Source: an uncultured Pseudomonadota bacterium
GTDB lineage: Bacteria > Pseudomonadota > Alphaproteobacteria > RF32 > CAG-239
DNA length: 64,000 nt
Assembly: GCA_949298065.1 (NCBI GenBank)
Contig: CASFUZ010000014.1
Coordinates: 5,395 to 69,394 of the forward strand
Reading direction: 5' to 3'
Below the pieces are notes generated by a model, which saw only the letters and a program-made list of their open reading frames with translations, was not told where the DNA came from and did no database searches. Positions 56,895 to 64,000 of the stretch are shown piece by piece. The position numbers and the translations under genes were made by a program. Within the stretch, counting starts at the first letter, position 1. The number at the start of each line of letters is the position of its first letter.

Positions 56895-57617
56895 TTAATA
56901 AAAATTTTCCCCCGGAGCAAAGACTTGCGCGCGCAAATCTATCAGTTTTCCGTCTTGGAGCTTAACCTTGCGGTCCATTTTATCAGCCAACTCAAAGTTA
57001 TGCGTAGCAATCAATGCCGACAAGCCTGTTTCTTTAACAATAGAGAGCAACTCTAAGAAAACACTTTCAGATGTTTTAGGGTCAAGGTTTCCGGTGGGTT
57101 CATCTGCCAACAGGAGCTTTGGTGAATTAGCCAAGGCTCTGGCAATAGCCACACGCTGCTGCTCGCCGCCCGAAAGCTCCGCCGGCCGATGTTTAAGCCT
57201 TTTGCTCAATCCTAAGCGTTCCAAAAGCCAGCGAGCCTTTTCCCGAGCCGTTTTAGTATCCACGCCGGCAATCAATTGCGGCAACATCACATTTTCGGTC
57301 GCGTCAAAATCTGCCAACAAATTATGATACTGATAAACAAATCCCAAATAATCGCGCCGCAAAGCCGTCCGCATACCATCGCCAAGTTTGCTGCATTTCA
57401 TATCATCAAGCAAGATTTCACCTTTGCTTGGTCTGTCCAACAAACCGGCAATCTGCAGCATTGTAGACTTTCCGGAACCAGACGGTCCGATTAAAGCAAC
57501 AATTTCGCCCGGCATAATCTCAAGGTCAACACCTTTCAAAACCTCAAGCGTCTGGCTACCCTGCTTAAAGCTCTTGCTTATTTTTTTCAGGCTCAAAGTC
57601 GGTTTAACATTATTCAT
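56895..57617 (-). CDS. lolD: lipoprotein-releasing ABC transporter ATPase
   Basis: GPSGSGKST, GFVYQYHNLL, LSGGEQQRVAIARA, ADEPTGNLD. Confidence 0.95.
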   Translation of the reverse strand: MNNVKPTLSLKKISKSFKQGSQTLEVLKGVDLEIMPGEIVALIGPSGSGKSTMLQIAGLLDRPSKGEILLDDMKCSKLGDGMRTALRRDYLGFVYQYHNLLADFDATENVMLPQLIAGVDTKTAREKARWLLERLGLSKRLKHRPAELSGGEQQRVAIARALANSPKLLLADEPTGNLDPKTSESVFLELLSIVKETGLSALIATHNFELADKMDRKVKLQDGKLIDLRAQVFAPGENFY

Positions 57618-58857
57618 AGCGCAAAGCCTCCACCGGATCAAATTTTGCGGCCCGATAAGCCGGATAAATCGTTGCCATAAACGAGAGCAACAAAGAGATA
57701 ATTACCACAACGGCAACTTCCGTATAATCAATCTCGGCCGGTAGCTGCGACAAGAAATAAATCTCCGCCGAAAACAAATCCCGCCCGACAATATCTTGCA
57801 AAAACTGTCTGATAGCCTCAATATTTCGGCAGAATAACACGCCTAAGGCTAAACCGATAGATGTTCCAACCACTCCGATAAAAGCGCCGTCCATAAAGAA
57901 GATTCGCATAATCATCCCCTTGGTCGCCCCCATCGTCCGCAACACGGCAATATCACGCCCTTTATCTTTCACCAACATAATCAAACCGGTAATGATGTTA
58001 AATGCCGCCACCAATATAATTAAGGTCAAGATCACAAACATAACATTACGCTCAACTGCAATGGCATTAAAGAAAGCGGCGTTTGTCTGCTTCCAGTCGT
58101 AAACATATGCCCCCGCACCAACGCTTTCCTCAATTGCTTTGCGCATTTCACGAAGATAGTTATCATTATCCAATGTTACATCAATATTGCTGACCGCGCC
58201 TTTCAAACCAAAATAAACTTGCGCCGATTCCAAAGGCATAAAAATAAAGTTTGAGTCATATTCATACATTCCGACCTCAAACGTGCCGATAATTTTATAG
58301 GACTTCATCCGAGGCACCGTTCCGAAAGCCGTAACTTTCCCGTTTGGCGAAATCAGCGTAATCTCATCACCGGGGATAAGTCCCATTTTCTGAGCAAGCC
58401 TATTACCAATAACCACATTGTTTCCGGCAAAATCATCAATATTTACGCGCTGCAAGCTGTTTTTCAAAATCTCTTTTTTCAGCAAATCATCTTTACTGAT
58501 ACCGCGCACCATCGCGCCTTCGGCCACAGAGCCGGAAGAAACCAAAAGCTGCCTTTCAATCATCGGAATAACCGTCTGCACATGCTCAAAATCGCTGATT
58601 TCCTTAACCGCCTCAGCATAGTTATTAAACGGCACACCGGCCACCGCCATAATTCCGATATGTCCGTTAATTCCCAGAATTCTGGACAACAACTCATGCC
58701 TAAAACCGTTCATCACCGACATAACGATAATCAAGGTTGCCACACCCAAAGCGATTCCCGTAAAAGCAAAACCGGTAATAACCGAAATAAAACCTTCGCG
58801 GCGTTTGGCTTTTAAGTAGCGTCTGGCCACCAATCTCTCAAACTTTGAAAAGAACAT
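57610..58857 (-). CDS. lolC: lipoprotein-releasing ABC transporter permease LolC/E
   Basis: GIALGVATLIIVMSVMNGF, VAAFNII..L.MLV.DK..DIAVLRTMGA, P.EALRYE. Confidence 0.93.
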   Translation of the reverse strand: MFFSKFERLVARRYLKAKRREGFISVITGFAFTGIALGVATLIIVMSVMNGFRHELLSRILGINGHIGIMAVAGVPFNNYAEAVKEISDFEHVQTVIPMIERQLLVSSGSVAEGAMVRGISKDDLLKKEILKNSLQRVNIDDFAGNNVVIGNRLAQKMGLIPGDEITLISPNGKVTAFGTVPRMKSYKIIGTFEVGMYEYDSNFIFMPLESAQVYFGLKGAVSNIDVTLDNDNYLREMRKAIEESVGAGAYVYDWKQTNAAFFNAIAVERNVMFVILTLIILVAAFNIITGLIMLVKDKGRDIAVLRTMGATKGMIMRIFFMDGAFIGVVGTSIGLALGVLFCRNIEAIRQFLQDIVGRDLFSAEIYFLSQLPAEIDYTEVAVVVIISLLLSFMATIYPAYRAAKFDPVEALRYE

Positions 58858-58937
58858 CTGCGACTTCTCCTTATTTACCTTAAAGTTATACGGATTAAAG
58901 CCCTATTTTGCAACCACTCCTCAACTTCAATGTGCAT

Positions 58938-58972
58938 AAAAAAAACTCCGGCAAATAACCGGAGATTTTTTT
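58938..58972. terminator. intrinsic terminator
   Basis: A-run-CTCCGG-CAAATAA-CCGGAG-T-run. Confidence 0.7.
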
Positions 58973-58991
58973 CAATTACTTATCGGTCCTT

Positions 58992-59660
58992 TCAACAGGC
59001 AATCCTCTTGGTCATCAGACCTTCAGAGATTTGCAAATTGGTCATAATCATGGAATCAAGAGCTTTTTGGTTAATATTATCAACATTTTTACCAATTTCC
59101 AAAGTTTTGCTTGAAACATAATCAGCCAACTTAATCAAATTGCTTTTTGTCTCGGGCGGCAACGGATTATCATGCTTAGAAGCCAAGGTTTTAATATAAA
59201 CCCACAACTGCATATTATTATCCAAAGCGCTGACCAACTCTTTGGCATCCCCGTTTTCGCGAGCCATAGACAAGTCAATTGCGCATTTTAAGAGAGAAAA
59301 GGCTTCTTCCGTAGCCAAATTATTTTTAACCGCCTCAATCAAGCCTTCAGAAATCTGCATATTAATATTAATCAAGCAGTCAAAGTCAGACTTGGTCATT
59401 TTAGAACCTTTAGAAAGTGTCATACGCTCCACAAAACGAGACAACTTAATCAGATTCGCCTTAATATCTTCGGGAAGCAAATTCTTTGCACTTTTAAGTG
59501 ATGTTTCTATTTCCACCCAAAGTTTCAAATTGCTGTCTAATACAGAAACAATTTCCAGTTCATCATTGCTGGTAGAGGCTTTAGCCAAGGCCATAGCATG
59601 GTTCAGCAATATAATTGCTTCGTTTTCAGCATTTTTAACTTGGTCAATTTTATTGTTCAT
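58992..59660 (-). CDS. flaF: FlaF family flagellar regulator with two tandem FlaF domains
   Basis: Two repeats of EA..L...A..L / LD.N..LW / N.LP...K.NLIKL..(F/Y)V / N.QISEGL. Confidence 0.8.
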   Translation of the reverse strand: MNNKIDQVKNAENEAIILLNHAMALAKASTSNDELEIVSVLDSNLKLWVEIETSLKSAKNLLPEDIKANLIKLSRFVERMTLSKGSKMTKSDFDCLININMQISEGLIEAVKNNLATEEAFSLLKCAIDLSMARENGDAKELVSALDNNMQLWVYIKTLASKHDNPLPPETKSNLIKLADYVSSKTLEIGKNVDNINQKALDSMIMTNLQISEGLMTKRIAC

Positions 59661-59907
59661 TTCCGCTTCCTTAAAAAAACTAATATGGTTATCACAAAAA
59701 TTTATAATCTATCAGATTATCTTTTTAAACAGTTAATTTTACTTAATACCCTGAAAAAAAGTCTGCCTCATAATAGGGGAAAAAAGACAGACTTTAATTT
59801 CAGGAAAATACAGAGCTTGGGGAAACTCTGCACCTAAAGAAAAAATTGGGGAGATTTTTTCTTTAAAAGCGTCAACATAATAATAGGGGAACTTATCAAT
59901 AATTTTA

Positions 59908-60666
59908 TTAGAACGGAGCCACAATATCCAACAGCTGACGACCATATCTTGGTTGCTGCATATCAGAGATTGTACCCTGCCCGCCGTAAGAAACTCTAAG
60001 CTCGGCAATCTTTTTGGATTCAATAGAGTTGTCGGAAGAAATATCTGCTCGTCTGATAATACCTCTGACTGTTAACTGGCGCAGTTCATAGTTAACTCTG
60101 ATTTCCTGTGTACCCTCAATCACCAAATTTCCGTTTGGCAAAACCTGCGTAACTACGGCAGCCATTGTTACATCAATTTCTTCACTACGGTCAATTTTAC
60201 CTTCACCTGAAACATCGTGGTCAGACTGCACATCAACTAAATTTGACGGGATAGCTGCATCCGGCAAATAATCCGTCGCATAGCTTTCATAACCAAACAA
60301 GCGGCTTACACCGAGTGTATCAGAGTTATTATCACGTGTTTGCTCTGTTTCATTTTCAAGTTTTGCCGCATCTGAAGCCGAAATTTTAACCGTCAAAATA
60401 TCGCCCACCTTAGATGCTCTCTGGTCTTTAAAGAAACCGGAGGAGCCAGCGCGCCATAAAGAATTCGCTCCGGCATAATGTTGTGGCTGTTCCGGCATCG
60501 GCATAGAAACAGGCTTATAATCAGGAGCTTCTACGGGATTCTCAATCGGTGTCAACGGTGGTTCCGCACCGATATTTTTAATTCTTGTCCAAGCATTACA
60601 ACCGCTCAAAGTTGTCGCCATAAGCAACACGGCTGTCAATTTTGCAAAATTTTGAGTATCTTTCAT
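59908..60666 (-). CDS. flgH: flagellar L-ring protein
   Basis: Lipobox LSGC, NSLW, DQRA.KVGDILTV, VLPNGNL.IEG, IAELR.SYGG. Confidence 0.96.
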   Translation of the reverse strand: MKDTQNFAKLTAVLLMATTLSGCNAWTRIKNIGAEPPLTPIENPVEAPDYKPVSMPMPEQPQHYAGANSLWRAGSSGFFKDQRASKVGDILTVKISASDAAKLENETEQTRDNNSDTLGVSRLFGYESYATDYLPDAAIPSNLVDVQSDHDVSGEGKIDRSEEIDVTMAAVVTQVLPNGNLVIEGTQEIRVNYELRQLTVRGIIRRADISSDNSIESKKIAELRVSYGGQGTISDMQQPRYGRQLLDIVAPF

Positions 60667-60681
60667 TGCAATAGTCCCCTT

Positions 60682-61389
60682 CTATTGTACTTCCGCACTA
60701 ACGGTATCTTTATCCAAGACCTCGCCAAACAAAGTCTTTTTGCTTTTAGGATTCAACAGTTCAATTTTGTCGCCTTCCCCGCCATCGTTCAAAGCCTCAA
60801 CTTTTGCCGTAATCTGCATCTTATCGGTTTTGTAAACGACAGTAACTGTATCACCTTTTTTAATGAGCATTTGTTTGCCGACATCTCTGTCAGAAGCAAT
60901 TTTGCCTTCTTTTAAGAGCTTTTTAGCTTCCAATCCGACCAATTTGTCTTTATCTGTAACAAAGCTAGGTTTAATCCGGTTTGCACGCACCTGAATCTGC
61001 CGCAACATTTCTGGCTTAATCAGCTCACCTTTCTGGACATTACGAGCCGGCACCCAAATTTCGCTCAACAAAAAATACCTGCCGGAAATATCCGTCTTGG
61101 CAAAAGATTTACCATCGGCAAAAATTTCCGCATTACAAGAGAACTTGTTTTGCAACTCATCAAATGTTAAACCAGAGACCAAAATTTTAGCTTTTTGAGC
61201 ATTTTGGATATGAAAGACGGTTTGCCCACCAAAAAGTTCCAAATCCACATTCTGATTCTGCCCCTGTTCAACGAACTCTTGTTCAATTGCCTGCCTGATT
61301 TCATCTTCCCCCACAATCAGCAGATTCTCTGCTTTTGCCATACTAACCTGGCTTAACATCAAAACTGCGGCTAAAAAGAATTTCATCAT
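60682..61389 (-). CDS. flgA: flagellar P-ring formation chaperone
   Basis: Signal peptide, SAF-like domain, IKKGDTV, ALNDG.EGD.I...NP.SKK; sits between flgG and flgH. Confidence 0.88.
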   Translation of the reverse strand: MMKFFLAAVLMLSQVSMAKAENLLIVGEDEIRQAIEQEFVEQGQNQNVDLELFGGQTVFHIQNAQKAKILVSGLTFDELQNKFSCNAEIFADGKSFAKTDISGRYFLLSEIWVPARNVQKGELIKPEMLRQIQVRANRIKPSFVTDKDKLVGLEAKKLLKEGKIASDRDVGKQMLIKKGDTVTVVYKTDKMQITAKVEALNDGGEGDKIELLNPKSKKTLFGEVLDKDTVSAEVQ

Positions 61390-61411
61390 CATTACTCCCG
61401 GCATCCGGCCA

Positions 61412-62200
61412 TTATCTCAACGATGTAATCGTGCTCAACATTTGGTCAGAGGTCTGAATAATTTTTGAGTTCATCTCATACGCACGTTGCGCAGAAACCA
61501 ACTCGGTTATCTCGGCCACCGGATTAACATTAGATGTCTCAAGGTAGCCTTGCAGCACCGAACCAAAAGATTCGGTATCCGGATTATCAACAATCGGCGC
61601 GCCGGATGCTTGAGTTTCCAAGAAGAGGTTTTGCCCCATAGCTTCCAAACCGGCCTCGTTCGGAAAGGTAGCCAACTCAAGCTGTCCGACATTAACTTCA
61701 TCGGTTTCGCCGTCTTGCTTAATCCAAACTTCACCTGAATTATTGACATAAATTTCAACGGCATCATCAGGAATGGTAATTTCCGGCTGAACCACATAAC
61801 CGTCATGCGTAACAATCACACCATCACCGTTGCGCTGAAAAGCACCGTCTCTGGTATAAGCCGTACCTTTGCCTTCCGGCAGTTCAATCTGAAAATAACC
61901 ACGTCCGCGAATAGCCAAATCCAAAGAATTATTTGTATTTGTTAAGCTTGTTCCGTCCGTAATACGATAAACCGCAGCTGTTCTGACACCAAGACCAAGC
62001 TGAATACCGGACGGTACGATTGTATCAGATGCCGTAGAAGCAGCACCCGGACGAATAATATTTTGATATAAGAGGTCATTAAACTCGGCTCTTCTTTTGG
62101 TATAAGCCGTTGTATTCATATTGGCGATATTGTTGGAAATAACATCTACGTTTGTTTGCTGTGCCAACATTCCCGTTGCGCCGATTGCTAAAGATCTCAT
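61412..62200 (-). CDS. flgG: flagellar basal-body distal rod protein
   Basis: ATGMLAQQ..DVISNNIANMNT, DLLYQ, YTRDG.F, LETSNVN, AQRAYEMNSK. Confidence 0.97.
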   Translation of the reverse strand: MRSLAIGATGMLAQQTNVDVISNNIANMNTTAYTKRRAEFNDLLYQNIIRPGAASTASDTIVPSGIQLGLGVRTAAVYRITDGTSLTNTNNSLDLAIRGRGYFQIELPEGKGTAYTRDGAFQRNGDGVIVTHDGYVVQPEITIPDDAVEIYVNNSGEVWIKQDGETDEVNVGQLELATFPNEAGLEAMGQNLFLETQASGAPIVDNPDTESFGSVLQGYLETSNVNPVAEITELVSAQRAYEMNSKIIQTSDQMLSTITSLR

Positions 62201-62217
62201 TTTCTTTTCCCCTTACA

Positions 62218-62958
62218 TTAAGCTAATTGTGAATAAGTGCTGATTGTGTTTGAAAGCCGCTCATGTTCTTCATCAATCATAGACTGAACCATCTCATAAG
62301 AACGTTGCAGTTTAATCATCTTGGTCATTTCTACAATCGGATCAACATTAGACTTTTCAACCGCCCCCTGAATAACTTTCACATTATCCGCCGGTTGCAT
62401 CATATTGCCGTTTGTGTTTTCAAACATCGTATCAGCCACTTTTAAGAGTTTCTGATTATTTTCAAACGAAACCGTTTTAATGGTTCCGATAACACCATTT
62501 TCCGTATAAACATCGCCACTTTCTGTAATAGAAATTTCTGTTTCACCCGGAGCAATAAAGAAAGGCTCATTATTCTCCGACATCACGGCATAACCTTCAC
62601 TTGTTACCAACATACCATTGGCATCCAACTGAAACTGACCTTTTCTTGTATATCTTTCCCCTTCAGGTGTTTCTACAGCGAAGAAAGCATCGCCTTGCAA
62701 AGCCAAATCAAAAGTATTTCCGGTATGTTGAATTACACCTTCTCTGAAATCCTTATACATTCCGAAATCTTGCGTAAAATAAACCGGAACTTTGCCAAAA
62801 CCCTCGGCATTTTTGGTCTGTGTGAGATAAGAGGCAAAAATTGCATCATCTTGCTTGAAACCGGATGTATTCATATTAGCCATATTGTTGGAAACAATGT
62901 CCATCTGTTTCCACAAGGCCATCTGGCGCGATAAGGCAATGTATTTTGTATTATCCAT
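62218..62958 (-). CDS. flgF: flagellar basal-body rod protein
   Basis: YIALSRQ, SNNMANMNTSGFK, TGN.FDLAL.G, EKSNVD. Confidence 0.95.
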   Translation of the reverse strand: MDNTKYIALSRQMALWKQMDIVSNNMANMNTSGFKQDDAIFASYLTQTKNAEGFGKVPVYFTQDFGMYKDFREGVIQHTGNTFDLALQGDAFFAVETPEGERYTRKGQFQLDANGMLVTSEGYAVMSENNEPFFIAPGETEISITESGDVYTENGVIGTIKTVSFENNQKLLKVADTMFENTNGNMMQPADNVKVIQGAVEKSNVDPIVEMTKMIKLQRSYEMVQSMIDEEHERLSNTISTYSQLA

Positions 62959-63008
62959 TATATTCTCCCCAATAACATTTGGATAATTTTTACGGTTGCC
63001 TATTCTTA

Positions 63009-63024
63009 TGCAACTACCGTGCCA
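63009..63024 (-). promoter_or_regulatory. sigma-54 (-24/-12) promoter of flgFGAH
   Basis: Minus strand reads TGGCAC-GGTAG-TTGCA, a perfect consensus 50 bp upstream of flgF. Confidence 0.9.
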
Positions 63025-63067
63025 TTTTTTGTTTTTGTAAAATAAAAAAGCTAAAATTCATTACAGA

Positions 63068-63096
63068 TTGACTTTTTTTGCAAACTACGTTACTAT
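63068..63096 (+). promoter_or_regulatory. sigma-70 promoter for the Cys-rich protein gene
   Basis: TTGACT-17 bp-TACTAT. Confidence 0.55.
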
Positions 63097-63233
63097 AAAA
63101 AGTGATGGGTGTGATATGATGTGTGTGATTAGCAATTCTTCGCGCAATTTTTGCTGTATGAATAATGCTATGTGTCTAAGCACACCTAACCTTTTATAGG
63201 TTTTTCCTATATTTAAGTTGTGGGGTGTGTGTG

Positions 63234-64000
63234 ATGTCTGATAAATATCTTTTTTCCATTTCATTATATTTAAGTACAAGTCTTCTTGGGGCTAACTTAG
63301 CTCAGGCCCAAGATTTTAATCAATCCAACAATTTCATATCCAACGTAGATTTTGGTATATCAGATATAGGCAAATTATCAAGCGCTCAGCTTTTTCCCGA
63401 AATTAACACAAAGGAAGCATATAAAACAGCTGCAGTCTGCTTTTTAGGGGAAGGAAATTGCGCCGGCATTTCATTTGGCAAAGGGGATGACACTTACGAA
63501 ATTGACACAATCCAACAATGTCAAAACGAAGGCTACATAACCACTTCCTGTACAAAACCATCTTATCCTTTTAATTCATGTCCCTATAACAACGAATATT
63601 ACAAAGGTTGTAAGGAAGACACGGACAAAGCCTGCAAAGAAAGCGGTTATGTTAACTCTTGCGGTGAAGGCTATGTTAAAGATGAGGGACAAATATGTCC
63701 TTATGACAGTTCTTATTATAAATGCAAATGCAACCCTTGTGACGGATATACTTACAGCTATGCCGAAGCCACGGCTGATGGTTATGTTGAGGACGGTAGC
63801 TGCAACAGTTGCGGCACAATGAAATACAGACGCAAAATGCGGCGGCGAGATTGGAACACCGACTTGTAAAAGCGGTAGTGTAATCAAATATCAAACTTGT
63901 AAAAGTTGTTGTGAGAACAGATGTACGGAAGCCACTTGCCCCGATGGTTATATTTGCGAGAAAGAAGCTTGTTCCAACAAATATTGCATAACCGGATGTG
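63234..64000 (+). pseudogene. exported cysteine-rich repeat protein with a frameshift near 63837 (3' truncated by window)
   Basis: Signal peptide, CPYN/CPYD..YYKC repeats; Cys-rich coding continues in the +1 frame (CGGEIGTPTCKSGSVIKYQTCKSCCENRC...) to the window end. Confidence 0.75.

Noticed and set aside
59733..59746. CtrA box upstream of flaF
   Set aside because: The TTAA half-sites are 6 bp apart, not 7, in very AT-rich DNA.

Overview
Bacterial chromosomal window of moderate-to-low GC, read with the standard code. It is most consistent with a host-associated alphaproteobacterium; an RF32/Rhodospirillales-like gut lineage is inferred from the flgF-G-A-H order with a sigma-54 promoter, FlaF, a CtrA-type box, MlaA/MlaC, LolCD and a Cys-rich exported protein. 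Housekeeping genes include accC, uvrD, tRNA-Met, pheST, rplT/rpmI, lolCD, nagAB, galE, ugd, motAB and flgFGAH. These are interleaved with surface-glycan genes (rmlACD/B, two MBOAT + AlgJ/AlgX-type O-acylation pairs, a DUF616-SDR fusion, a DegT aminotransferase). The best candidate for an undescribed system is a coupled three-gene operon (25383-28460): an SNF2-like protein with degenerate ATPase motifs, an IbrA-type PAPS-reductase/DUF3440 protein and an IbrB-type ParB/Srx protein, with a divergent YqeK-type HD hydrolase next to it. Other signals are a family of covarying palindromic elements directly behind stop codons (29.3, 37.0, 45.8 kb), a structured 104-nt repeat after rmlB, an orphan phage tail-fibre module with its own promoter and leader terminator, and an apparently chimeric MotAB stator. 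No CRISPR array, rRNA, integrase or transposase was found. All family calls are motif recognition by eye; no searches were run.
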